Shown here piece after piece: positions 1 to 9,912 of a stretch of 64,000 nucleotides of DNA (its first letter is position 1; each line of letters begins with the position of its first letter). The DNA is from Planctomycetota bacterium (lineage in GTDB: Bacteria; Planctomycetota; UBA11346). A model generated the notes under the pieces. That model was not told the origin of the DNA. It did no database searches and was given only the letters and a program-made list of their open reading frames with translations. A program made the position numbers and the translations under genes. The stretch covers positions 1 to 64,000 of the forward strand of contig JBBRLJ010000010.1 in assembly GCA_038231435.1 (NCBI GenBank), written 5' to 3'.

Positions 1-3000
1 GCCACGACCGGCAGCCCGGTCGGCACCTACGCGATCACCGCGTCGGGTCAGACCAGCGCGAACTACGCGATCAGCTATGTCGATGGCGTCGCGACCGTGC
101 AGAAGGCCACGCCGGTCCTGGCCTGGACGAATCCGGCCGCGATCACCTACGGCACGACGCTTGGCGCCGGCCAGCTCAACGCGAGCGTGGCAGGGGGCGT
201 GGCTGGCAGCTTCTCCTACACGCCCGCCGCGGGCACGCTGCTGAACGCCGGTGCCGGCCAGACCTTGAGCGCGACCTTCACCCCGAGCGACCTAGTCGAC
301 TACAACACCGCGTCGATCACCTCGCAGATCGACGTCAACAAGGCCACCCCGATCATCACCTGGGCGACTCCGGCGGCGATCACCTACGGTACGGGCTTGA
401 GCGCGACACAGCTGAGTGCCAGCACGCCGACGCCCGGTTCGTTCGTCTACACGCCGGTCCTGGGCACGGTGCTGAACGCGGGCAACGGCCAGACCCTGAG
501 CACGACCTTCACCCCAACCAGCACGTCGAACTACAATACCGTGATCACGACGGTGCAGATCGACGTCAACAAGGCCACCCCGGTCATCACCTGGGCGACT
601 CCGGCTGCGATCACCTACGGCACGGCCTTGAGCGCGACGCAGCTGAACGCCAGCACGCCGACGCCGGGTTCGTTCGCCTACACCCCGGCGCTCGGCACGG
701 TGCTCAATGGCGGCAACGCTCAGACCCTGAGCACGACTTTCACCCCGACGAATGCCAACTTCAGCACCGTGATCTCCACGGTCCTGATCAACGTGAACAA
801 AGCCATCCCGGTCATCACCTGGGCCAATCCTGCGAGCATCGCCTACGGCACTGCGCTCAGCGGTACCCAGTTGAACGCCAGCGCGAGCGTCCCCGGCAGC
901 TTCATCTACACGCCGGCGGCCGGCCAGGTCCTCGCTGGAGGAACTCAGACCCTCTCCACGACCTTCACCCCGACCGACAGCACCGACTACGCGGTCGTCA
1001 CGACCACCCGCAGCATCACGATCACCAAGACCCAGCTGTGGGTGACCGCCGATGACCAGTCGCGCACCTATGGAGCCGCCAATCCCGCGCTGACGGTCAG
1101 CTTCTCGGGCTTCGTCAACGGCGATACCGCGGCCAACCTTGGCGGCACCTTCAGCATCACCTCGACCGCCACCGCGACCAGCCCTGTCGGCTCTTACTCG
1201 ATCACACCATTCGGGTACACGAGCTCGAGCTACCGCATCTCGTTCGTGGTCGGCACGATGACCATCGATCCGGCGCCGCTGACGATCGTGGCTAACGATC
1301 AGACCCGCGAGTACGGCACCGCGAACTCACCCCTGACAGTCACTTATATCGGCTTCATGAATGGCGAAGGCGCAGGCGTCCTCGGTGGAAGCCTCTCGGT
1401 GACCACAACAGCGACCTCTGCGAGCGACCCCGGCACATATCCGATCACTGCCTCGGGTCAGACCAGCTCCAACTACTCGATCATCTACCAGCAGGGCACG
1501 CTGACGGTAACCAAGATCGCGACCACCATCACGTGGGCTTATCCGCTCGACATGAAGCAGGGCACGCCGCTTGGCATGCATCAGCTGAATGCCACTGGCA
1601 GCGTGCCGGGAACGCTGGCCTACTCGCCTGCCGCGGGAACCGTCCTCGCGGCCGGCACTGGCCAGACGCTCTCGGTCAGCCTCGCTCCAACCGACAGCGT
1701 CCACTACGCGACATCCAATGCGACCGTCAGCGTCAATGTCCATGTCCCGCCGACGATCATCGCTCCGGCGACATGGCAGTGCGCTGCAGGCAGCTCGATC
1801 CCCATCACCGGGGTCAGCATCACGGACGACTATGCGACGGCGAGCATGTCCCTGACTACTGTCGACGGCACGATCACACTGGGCTCGGTGCCGTCATCCT
1901 TGACGGTCACTCCAGGCGGAGCGAACTCGGTCATCGGTGTGACGCTGACCGGCTTGATCTCGGACATCAACACCGCGCTTGCCAGCCTCCAGTTCAACGC
2001 CGCGGTCGGATTCGCTACTGGCGTCGTGACCGTGGGAGTGGATGACCCGCTGTTCACGGACAGCAAGAACATCAGCGTATCGATTCCCTCACTCATCGCG
2101 CGTTGGACTTTCGACGAAGGCGCGGGAGTGATCCTGCACGACGTGACCGGCCATGGCTTGGACGGTTTGCTGCAGGAGCCGCTTTGGCAGGCGGTCGGCA
2201 AGGAGCACGGAGCCCTGATGTTCGATGGAAATCCCCACAACTGCGTCGTCAGCGACGCCCCCGCTCTGCGTGCGCAGGCTTTCACCCTCTCAGCCTGGGT
2301 GCGGCCGTCAAAGCAGCTCAAGGACATGGCCGACATCTACCCATATTTCATCACCAAGCAGAACTACGCCGGCAATGCGGGCTTCTACTTCGGCGTGCTG
2401 GACTCCCATACCAACAACATTGGCTTCCGCATCCTGGGCGGGGCGTCGAACGCCGTGCGCAAAGAAGTGCGCTTCACCGAGACTACATTCGGCCAGTGGA
2501 TCCACATGGGAGCATCTTTCGACGGAACCACCATGAAGGTCTACCGCAACGGTGTGCTCGCCGCGTCGTCGACCTTTGCTCCGTTCACCATGAACGTCGA
2601 TGCCACCCACCTGACGATGTGCCAATCCTCGTTCGAAGGCATGCTCGACGATGTCCGCATCTACAACGGCGCCCTGACCGATGTCCAGATGGCGAGCATT
2701 GTCGGCAGCCCCGCCACCGCGAGCAACGCCGCTCCCTCGGTCTCCATCGCTGGTGACCGCGTGGTCGGCTTCCCCTACGATCTCACGGTTCCTTGGACGG
2801 CCTCTGATGACGGTCTTCCCACCGGGAGTTCGGTTTCGGCTGCCTGGAGCCAGGTCAGTGGGCCAGGCGCGGCGACCTTCGTGGCTGCTGGAGCCGGATC
2901 GACCAAGTTCTCATTCTCGGCGCCCGGTCGGTATACGCTCCGCCTGAGCGCGAGCGATGGCTCTCTTACCACCAACAGCGACATCGTGATCGATGTGCTC

Positions 3001-3678
3001 GACAGCGCCGACTTCGCTCGTGCATATCCGACCGATGGCATGGTCGCCCGGTGGACATTCGATGAGGGCGCCGGCACTACGGCCGCGGATGCATCGGGGA
3101 ACGGGCATGTCGGAACTCTTCTTGGCGGCTGGTCTGCTCACCCAGGCTATGGCTCGTCCATATCGCTCAACGGCAGCGGCAAGGTGACGGTGGCCAATGC
3201 CAATGACCTGAACGTGCAGACCTTCACCCTTGCCGGGTGGATCAAGCCCCAAAGGAGCTTGGCTACGATGGCCAACGCCTATCCCGCGCTGTTTTACAAG
3301 CAGGACTTCACCAACAACACCGGATACTACTTCGGTTCGAATTTGTCGCACGCGGACACTTTCGGCATCCGCCTGCTTACCGGATCATCGACCCTGCAGC
3401 GCCAGGAACTGTCGGTGCCACTCGTGTCCACCGGGGTGTGGACGCACGTGGTGGCCACCTACGACGGCACTTGGCTGCGTATGTACCGGGATGCTTCGCT
3501 GATCCAGGAGAAGCGCATCGGAAGCATACTGATCAACAACTATCTGGGTTCGCTGGTCATCGGGCCCACCATGGAAGGGCAGATCGACGACGCGCGAATC
3601 TACGGGCGTGCGTTGGATCCTGCCGAGGTCTACCTGCTCTCGCGGCCGATGCCGGTTGGGCTCGGCGGCCCGGGTTGA
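1..3678 (+). CDS. Large surface/adhesin-like protein, 5'-partial: ~77-aa Ig-like repeats (KATPVITW..PAAITYGT), MBG-type domains and two LamG-like jellyroll domains
   Basis: The frame is open from base 1 (ATTGSPVGTYAITASG..). It has repeated TPxITW units, MBG motifs (ADDQSRTYGAANP), and LamG motifs (ARWTFDEGAG, W.H...FDG, G.LDDVRIY) twice. Confidence 0.85.
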   Translation, partial: ATTGSPVGTYAITASGQTSANYAISYVDGVATVQKATPVLAWTNPAAITYGTTLGAGQLNASVAGGVAGSFSYTPAAGTLLNAGAGQTLSATFTPSDLVDYNTASITSQIDVNKATPIITWATPAAITYGTGLSATQLSASTPTPGSFVYTPVLGTVLNAGNGQTLSTTFTPTSTSNYNTVITTVQIDVNKATPVITWATPAAITYGTALSATQLNASTPTPGSFAYTPALGTVLNGGNAQTLSTTFTPTNANFSTVISTVLINVNKAIPVITWANPASIAYGTALSGTQLNASASVPGSFIYTPAAGQVLAGGTQTLSTTFTPTDSTDYAVVTTTRSITITKTQLWVTADDQSRTYGAANPALTVSFSGFVNGDTAANLGGTFSITSTATATSPVGSYSITPFGYTSSSYRISFVVGTMTIDPAPLTIVANDQTREYGTANSPLTVTYIGFMNGEGAGVLGGSLSVTTTATSASDPGTYPITASGQTSSNYSIIYQQGTLTVTKIATTITWAYPLDMKQGTPLGMHQLNATGSVPGTLAYSPAAGTVLAAGTGQTLSVSLAPTDSVHYATSNATVSVNVHVPPTIIAPATWQCAAGSSIPITGVSITDDYATASMSLTTVDGTITLGSVPSSLTVTPGGANSVIGVTLTGLISDINTALASLQFNAAVGFATGVVTVGVDDPLFTDSKNISVSIPSLIARWTFDEGAGVILHDVTGHGLDGLLQEPLWQAVGKEHGALMFDGNPHNCVVSDAPALRAQAFTLSAWVRPSKQLKDMADIYPYFITKQNYAGNAGFYFGVLDSHTNNIGFRILGGASNAVRKEVRFTETTFGQWIHMGASFDGTTMKVYRNGVLAASSTFAPFTMNVDATHLTMCQSSFEGMLDDVRIYNGALTDVQMASIVGSPATASNAAPSVSIAGDRVVGFPYDLTVPWTASDDGLPTGSSVSAAWSQVSGPGAATFVAAGAGSTKFSFSAPGRYTLRLSASDGSLTTNSDIVIDVLDSADFARAYPTDGMVARWTFDEGAGTTAADASGNGHVGTLLGGWSAHPGYGSSISLNGSGKVTVANANDLNVQTFTLAGWIKPQRSLATMANAYPALFYKQDFTNNTGYYFGSNLSHADTFGIRLLTGSSTLQRQELSVPLVSTGVWTHVVATYDGTWLRMYRDASLIQEKRIGSILINNYLGSLVIGPTMEGQIDDARIYGRALDPAEVYLLSRPMPVGLGGPG
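325..790 (+). repeat. In-frame tandem domain repeat, 231-bp period, near-identical at DNA level
   Basis: cagatcgacgtcaacaaggccacccc..atcacctgggcgactccggc..gcgatcacctacgg occurs at ~325 and ~556. Confidence 0.85.
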
Positions 3679-3732
3679 CGTACCATGGGATGGTGGTGGA
3701 GTCGGGCGGCCAGCTAGGGATCATCCGCCTTC

Positions 3733-4950
3733 GTGAAGCCGCTCATCGTTCATAATTTCTACCGCAGCGGATTGGTCTCGGGCGAGAATCTGGTGGTGGA
3801 GCGTGAACTGGCGCTGCTGAGGGCGGCTGGCCATGATCCGGAGACATTCTTCACGTGGTCGGACGATCTGATCGGGGCCGGACTCGTGACCAAGGCCTTG
3901 ACTGGATGGAGGATGGCGGGCGGAGCGGCGCGCTGCCGCTCCTTGTCCGACGCGCTGCGAGCGATCGCCTGCGACGTCGTGCACGCTCACAATGTGTTTC
4001 CGATGATTGGATACGACGTGTTCGCCGCGGCCAAGGACCTCGGCAGGCCGACCATCCAGACGCTGCACAACTATCGTCTTATCGCCACCGACCGGCATCT
4101 CATCGGGAGAGATGGTGCCAGGCGACCCAAAGACGATTCCGAGCGCCGACATCACCTGGCCATGCTGAGTCGGGTCAAGCCAGGCTTCATGGACGAGTGG
4201 TTGTACACCCGCGCTATCGCCAGTGCGTGGCGCAGAGGCATCGTGACCTCGAAGATCGATGCCTTCGTATGCCTGACGAGATGGCAGCGTGATTTATTTA
4301 TTCAAAACGGATTACCATCAGAACGATTGGTGGTAAAACCCAATTTCCTCGATCATCGTGGACCTATTAGCATGGAACGCGGCGAATATGCTCTGTATGT
4401 TGGAAGACTATCCAAAGAGAAAGGCGCTGACATTCTTGCGCAAGCTTGGAAAACGGTAGGAGTACCATTGGTTGTCGCGGGCAGTGGGCCATTAGAGAAA
4501 GAAATGCGACTTGCAGGCGCCGACATGCGTGGCCCACAATCAATGGAAGCAATACTGAAACTCATGTCGGGCGCCAGATTTCTGGTAATGAACTCTATTT
4601 GGCACGAACCTTTTGGACTAGTGATTATCGAGGCTTTCGCCAGTGGCACCCCATGTTTAGTGCCGAATATTGGTGGCCTCCCTGAGATCGTACGAGAAGG
4701 AATTACAGGCCGCATCTTCCGCGCCGGGGAGGTTACAAGTCTAGTATCCACGGCGCGGCAATTGTGGGACGAGGCCCCAGGAATGCGTAAAGCATGTCGT
4801 GCTGAATTTGAGGCAAAGTATACACCAGAACCTAACCTAGGTATGCTGAAGCGTATTTATGAAAATGTAATGGCGAGACGTAGGCCAGATCTCGGAGTTA
4901 ATGAGGCGGATCCTACTTCGCTTCCGCCCGTCGATTCCAGGAATTTTTGA
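3733..4950 (+). CDS. Glycosyltransferase family 4 (GT-B)
   Basis: Motifs VHAHNVFP, TLHNYRL, YVGRLSKEKG, EPFGLVIIEAFASGTP, GGLPEIV. Confidence 0.9.
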   Translation: MKPLIVHNFYRSGLVSGENLVVERELALLRAAGHDPETFFTWSDDLIGAGLVTKALTGWRMAGGAARCRSLSDALRAIACDVVHAHNVFPMIGYDVFAAAKDLGRPTIQTLHNYRLIATDRHLIGRDGARRPKDDSERRHHLAMLSRVKPGFMDEWLYTRAIASAWRRGIVTSKIDAFVCLTRWQRDLFIQNGLPSERLVVKPNFLDHRGPISMERGEYALYVGRLSKEKGADILAQAWKTVGVPLVVAGSGPLEKEMRLAGADMRGPQSMEAILKLMSGARFLVMNSIWHEPFGLVIIEAFASGTPCLVPNIGGLPEIVREGITGRIFRAGEVTSLVSTARQLWDEAPGMRKACRAEFEAKYTPEPNLGMLKRIYENVMARRRPDLGVNEADPTSLPPVDSRNF

Positions 4951-4979
4951 CGCATAAATTCCAGATGTTTTTGCCGGGT

Positions 4980-5345
4980 CCTTCCCCCGGCGGCGTGACG
5001 GCCTCCTGAGCCTGGGTGGTAGGTTCCTCCATCCCAGGAGGCCCCGAGGTGATGTTCCATCATGACCCGTCTCAAGATCCACCATCTGCATGAAGACAAT
5101 GCCCCCACCATGAGACCGCGCGTTTGGCTGGGTTGCCACGAGCGTTCGGTCCGCAACAACGTCTTGGCCGAGCCACTCCCGACCGCCGCCGAGGATCTGT
5201 CCGAGTCCCGTCGTGCATGGACCGAGAGCACCGCCGAAAACAGAGTCCCTTCGCCGAGCAGGTCGTGGCGGTGCTCAAGGAAGCCCAACCCTGCCCACGG
5301 TGGAGGTGATGCGGCAGGCGCGGGAGGGGGCTACCAGGGCCAGCG
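4980..5345 (+). mobile_element. Possible degenerate IS (IS3-like orfA) remnant
   Basis: Fragments in different frames (EQVVAVLKEAQ and PTVEVMRQA) resemble the N-terminus of IS3 OrfA. There is an upstream aggagg RBS but no intact transposase. Confidence 0.3.
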
Positions 5346-5467
5346 CGTCGGCCTTCTTCATTATTCTGGTCAAGCACCTGCGCCCGCCGCCGGTGCCGAC
5401 CGATGGCGTGCCAGGCTAGTTGTCGCCGGACTGCCTGATATGATGTGAAGCGGAGCTTAACGGCATT

Positions 5468-6181
5468 ATGATATTTATGCGCATGCATTCTTTAGCCGAT
5501 AATGGTGATCCAGTCTCTCTCTCGAGTAAATTACGACGCAAGCGCTTTGAGCGTCTCCTTGATCACTTGGGCCAAGCGTCTGACCTACGCCCAGAATCGG
5601 CCCTACGAATATTGGATATTGGTGGCACTCAGAACTTCTGGCGAGTCCACCTACCATTGATTCACCAGAATTTCCCACTGGCTGAAGTGCTAATTATCAA
5701 TTTAGCAATTCCACCGATTCAAATGGATATACATGGGCTGTCAGCCCGCGTTGGCGATGCCAGAAACCTCTCGGGGTTCAGCGATAAAAGCTTTGATCTT
5801 GTCATGTCCAACTCTGTCATCGAACATGTTGGAACTCTTTTTGATCAAAAGCGAATGGCGGACGAAGTGCAGCGCGTCGGCAGGCATTTCTTCATTCAAA
5901 CTCCTAACCGTTCCTTCATACTAGAGCCACACTTTCATGTACCATTCTGGATTCACTTTCCGCTGTCATGGCGGGCATGGATGCTCAATCATTGGAAACT
6001 TGGCTGGGTGGAACGGCAACGCGACCCCCTTCTTTCTCGAGCCGAGGTCGAACAGATTCGGCTGCTTCGATATTGGGAACTATCTGCAATTTTTCCAGGG
6101 GCGTCGATAGAATCAGAACGAGTTTTTGGATTGACCAAATCTTATATGGTTTTTGACAATAGATCTCTCAACTCAATCTGA
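5468..6181 (+). CDS. Class I SAM-dependent methyltransferase
   Basis: Motifs ILDIGGT, GDARNL..F.DKSFDLVMSNSVIEHVG, QTPNR.F..EPH. Confidence 0.85.
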   Translation: MIFMRMHSLADNGDPVSLSSKLRRKRFERLLDHLGQASDLRPESALRILDIGGTQNFWRVHLPLIHQNFPLAEVLIINLAIPPIQMDIHGLSARVGDARNLSGFSDKSFDLVMSNSVIEHVGTLFDQKRMADEVQRVGRHFFIQTPNRSFILEPHFHVPFWIHFPLSWRAWMLNHWKLGWVERQRDPLLSRAEVEQIRLLRYWELSAIFPGASIESERVFGLTKSYMVFDNRSLNSI

Positions 6182-6252
6182 GGCTCGAACATGGCATGCA
6201 CGTCGGTAGATTGTCATTGCCAGTTCCACAGTGGCGGCGAAGGTCACCTGGA

Positions 6253-7518
6253 ATGAAGCTCCGCGTCCTCATCATCAGCACGCTCTACTCGCCTAATTCC
6301 CACGGCGGTGCAGAACTGTCGGTTCAGAGGCTGGCTGAATCGCTCGCTGACGTGGGAATGGCCGTGACGGTGGTCTGCATGCATCGCGAGCGGCGCATAT
6401 CCTATGCCATCCTCAATGGCGTCCGCGTCGTCTATCTGCCGCTCACCAACCTTTACTGGCCGTACGGGAAGCGGAACTTTGCGACCACCATCGCCAAGCC
6501 AGTGTGGCATGTACTGAATCTCGTGAATCCGCGCATGCACAGGCTGATCATGCGCGTGGTTCGGTCCGAGCGTCCGCACGTGGTGAACACCCAGATGCTG
6601 ACCTTGTTCGGAATAACCTTCCTGCCGGCGCTCGCGGCGCTGGGGATTCCTGTGGTGCAGACGCTGCACGACTACCATTTCGTGTGCGCTAACGGACATC
6701 TGGTCAAACGCGGAAAGCCCTGCCAGTCGCGGTGCGTCTCATGCCGGTTCCTCCGCTGGCCGAAACGGCTTGCCGGGCGCTGTATTTCGGCAGTAGTCGG
6801 GGTCTCACGCCATATCCTCGAACTGCATCGCAAGAATGGGTTCTTCCTTGATGCGGAATGCCACCATGTGAGGAATTCGGTGCTACCGGCGCAGCCAGTG
6901 TGCGTGAGTACGCTGGCTGAGCATCCGCTGCGACTCGGCTATCTCGGACGCATCGAGCCGGTTAAGGGTTTAGAACCGCTGCTGCGGGATGTGCTGGCGC
7001 TCTCGCCTGGCCCCACGCTCCGGGTCGCCGGTAGCTCCGGCGATGCGGCATACCTAGCGATGTTAAAGCGGCGATACGACTCCGAGCGCATCACGTTCAT
7101 GGGATGGTCTGCCCCAAGAGATCTCTTCAAGCAGATCGACTACCTAGTGGTCCCTTCGATCTGGCCCGAAGTAGCTCCCTTAGTAATCATCGAGGCCTAC
7201 GCGCATGGAGTGCCAGTAATCGCATCACGGATCGGGGGCCTTCCTGAGCTCGTGATCGAGGGTGAAACCGGACATCTTTATGGTCCAGAATCCGATTCCG
7301 ATAGCGGCTCGGGGGCATTCGCTTCTGCATTCAGTTTGCTCAAGCCTCGTCTACGTGATCCTAAGCATCAACTGAAGCTTCGGGAAACTTGCTTGCGATT
7401 CAGCCGAACATTTCATCCGCGCATCGCGACCGCGCGGTATGCCAGCCTCCTTTACCGCCACAGCATACACGCGCTTCACCAAGCACGCGAGGTAAGCCGC
7501 TTTAGGAAATCCGTATGA
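6253..7518 (+). CDS. Glycosyltransferase family 4 (GT-B)
   Basis: Motifs GGAELSV, TLHDYHFVC, YLGRIEPVKG, PSIWPE.APLVIIEAYAHGVPVIASRIGGLPE. Start chosen at MKLRVLIIS (alternative 6196). Confidence 0.88.
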   Translation: MKLRVLIISTLYSPNSHGGAELSVQRLAESLADVGMAVTVVCMHRERRISYAILNGVRVVYLPLTNLYWPYGKRNFATTIAKPVWHVLNLVNPRMHRLIMRVVRSERPHVVNTQMLTLFGITFLPALAALGIPVVQTLHDYHFVCANGHLVKRGKPCQSRCVSCRFLRWPKRLAGRCISAVVGVSRHILELHRKNGFFLDAECHHVRNSVLPAQPVCVSTLAEHPLRLGYLGRIEPVKGLEPLLRDVLALSPGPTLRVAGSSGDAAYLAMLKRRYDSERITFMGWSAPRDLFKQIDYLVVPSIWPEVAPLVIIEAYAHGVPVIASRIGGLPELVIEGETGHLYGPESDSDSGSGAFASAFSLLKPRLRDPKHQLKLRETCLRFSRTFHPRIATARYASLLYRHSIHALHQAREVSRFRKSV

Positions 7519-7703
7519 CCCTCGCCAGGCGTTCGCTGATAGTCCTGCATCGCCTATTCCTGCGCTGTGGGTGTGCCGTCGTCCCCCACCACTACTATTC
7601 CGCGATACCCGATCTCATTCGTCTCAGCAAAAATCGTTACACGCTGGGCCCGGTGCGATGACCTGCCGGGAATCGACGGGGACATCCCCGAGCCAGGGGG
7701 GGG

Positions 7704-8441
7704 CTACATGCTGGGGCTGATCACTACTTCCGATGGAGGGCTTGGTAGTGCCTGACGAAGAAGCTCCACTATGTCTCCGTCTTGCGCCGACGGATCCACC
7801 CGCAACACGGGCCGGGATAGCGTTGCGATGTGCTCTGGCAGAGTGCCGTACATCGTTGTCATGAGCGGACGGAGTACGTCGAGGATGACCGATTCATCCA
7901 GGTCATCCAAAGGACAATCCCCTAATTTACGAGACCTCATCCGAGGCGCGACTCGTTCAGGAGTGTCTTCAACCATCACCAAGACATCAGGTCCACAATC
8001 ATCATCGGAGGCAGTTAACACGGATTTCAGCGCTCGCTGATCGAAATCCTCACTATAGAAAAGAATTGCCCATATCGCCTGAAGTAGTCCCTGATCGAGA
8101 ACAAGCAAGGCGCCGTCGTTTCCCATGCGCGCGCGATGAATCAAACACGCTTCTTTCAGGAGCCGGTTGAGCTGATAAAATCTGATCCTACGTAGCGGAC
8201 GAGCGCTGAAGAAGAGACGGAGCACCCGCCAGAGACTCGGAAGTCGGGCCATCCAGAACTTGAGAAAATAGCAGGACAGTCGGATTTTACGGTATCTCTG
8301 TCCCGGCATGGGCACCATCACGTCCCGGTAGGTCAGGACGCGCCAGCCGAGGAAACGAAGCTGCGGTAAGAGCCGTTCAACGAGCATGGACTTGCCGGAC
8401 CCCGGCAATCCGAGAAACTCAATGCATATGGCTCGCGTCAT
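7704..8441 (-). CDS. P-loop NTPase / nucleotide-kinase-like protein in the polysaccharide locus
   Basis: N-terminal Walker A IEFLGLPGSGKS and LVLDQG. Its start overlaps the flippase stop (ATGA). Confidence 0.7.
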   Translation of the reverse strand: MTRAICIEFLGLPGSGKSMLVERLLPQLRFLGWRVLTYRDVMVPMPGQRYRKIRLSCYFLKFWMARLPSLWRVLRLFFSARPLRRIRFYQLNRLLKEACLIHRARMGNDGALLVLDQGLLQAIWAILFYSEDFDQRALKSVLTASDDDCGPDVLVMVEDTPERVAPRMRSRKLGDCPLDDLDESVILDVLRPLMTTMYGTLPEHIATLSRPVLRVDPSAQDGDIVELLRQALPSPPSEVVISPSM

Positions 8442-9892
8442 CGAGTGGATCGGACCTGCGCCAATACCTGCTTGAGGTAAGCGCGATCAACCAGCAAGAA
8501 GGCGCCGACATAGGCCCCTGCGGCAAGTGCAGTGAGTGAAACTAGGTCACCCATCGTATTTCCTGCAAATATTTTGGCGCCTGAAACCGAGAGCGCCATC
8601 ATCAATCCCGCCAGGATCGGCGAACGCAGTGCTCCTAGCACAGCGCCAAGGCATGGCCCTAAAAGTCTACGGAGCATCAACAAGTAGCTCAAGACAAACA
8701 GGGCACACGTGATGGCGAGCATACCCAAGGAAATCATCACCATGTTGCCGGTCTTGCTCAGGACAAATACTACCGCAGGTACGATCAAAAGCGTCCCGAC
8801 ATTCCAGTACAATGACCAATGAGCGTATCCTTTGGCGATGATGAGACTTCCTATGGGATATATCAGCGACCTGACCAATGTCACGAGGCAGAGGACTTGT
8901 ACCACAGGAGCGGCCGCCGCCCACCGGTTTCCCAATAGCAGTGGTATTGCCAAAGGCGAGACAACCATCAGGCCCAAGAAAATAGGCACGTTGATGGTCG
9001 TTATCAACTTAAGCATGTGCAAATAACCGATGCGCAGCATCCCTTGATCGTCCTGGATCTTGGAGAAAGCCGGAAATGCCACGGTGGCAAGGATCGCGTT
9101 CAGGCGGCCGGATACAGGAAATGTGAAACTTGATGCAACGTTATAGATTCCGAGCGAACTCGCACCCATGGTGAGCGCAATGGCGGCTTGATCTGCACGT
9201 GAATTCAAGAAATCAGCAATGAGACCACCTGACCTTCGCGCGCCGAAGCCCAGGTATTGCTTGGCTTCGGCCCAATGCATTCGAATGGACGGCCAATAGC
9301 CGTAAGATCGAGCGTAGATACCGAGAATGACGCTTCGAACCAGGGCTTCTGTGAGCGCTCCCCAAATAAGCGGCCAAGCGCCATTTTGCTCGACGATTGC
9401 CAATACCAATGAAAGGCTTAATCCCACGATGGGTCCAATGGTGTTTGCAAGCGCGAGTTCTCTGAAGCGCATGTCCTTTCGCAGCAATGCTTGGAATTGA
9501 GTAGACATGCCGGTCACGATAAGGGCAAGCGAGCCGACCCTCAGTAAGCTCAAGAGCTGTGGCATCTTGGTAAGGAGGGAAATCGGCTCGGCGAGCACGA
9601 CAATCAGCAGACAGACCATGGTGACCGCGGAAATATTTATCCAATAGAGACTCGACTGTTCTCCCTTCGTGGCCTCCTGCCGTTGTATGAGGGCCTCTGA
9701 CAGACCGAGTTCGCCGAACAAGCGGCCAAATTCGATAACGAACATCGCGGCGGCCATTACGCCAAATGATTCAGGGGAGAGGAAATGAGCTACGGCGACA
9801 ATATGGACCGAGCGCAGGCCCATGACCAGGAGTGTGCTGATGCCGGTCCACTTGATGCCGTGGATCGCCTGATTTTTGAGTGTATTGTCCAG
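8438..9892 (-). CDS. wzx: Wzx/WzxC-type polysaccharide flippase (MOP superfamily); probable CTG start
   Basis: Multi-TM protein with LSPESFGVMA, GLSEALIQ, LGIYNVA, FPAFSKIQDD. The N-terminal segment TLKNQAIHGIKWTG lies upstream of the first ATG (9823). Confidence 0.85.
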   Translation of the reverse strand: MDNTLKNQAIHGIKWTGISTLLVMGLRSVHIVAVAHFLSPESFGVMAAAMFVIEFGRLFGELGLSEALIQRQEATKGEQSSLYWINISAVTMVCLLIVVLAEPISLLTKMPQLLSLLRVGSLALIVTGMSTQFQALLRKDMRFRELALANTIGPIVGLSLSLVLAIVEQNGAWPLIWGALTEALVRSVILGIYARSYGYWPSIRMHWAEAKQYLGFGARRSGGLIADFLNSRADQAAIALTMGASSLGIYNVASSFTFPVSGRLNAILATVAFPAFSKIQDDQGMLRIGYLHMLKLITTINVPIFLGLMVVSPLAIPLLLGNRWAAAAPVVQVLCLVTLVRSLIYPIGSLIIAKGYAHWSLYWNVGTLLIVPAVVFVLSKTGNMVMISLGMLAITCALFVLSYLLMLRRLLGPCLGAVLGALRSPILAGLMMALSVSGAKIFAGNTMGDLVSLTALAAGAYVGAFLLVDRAYLKQVLAQVRSTR

Positions 9893-9912
9893 AAAAGGCT
9901 ACGCCGGGATGC

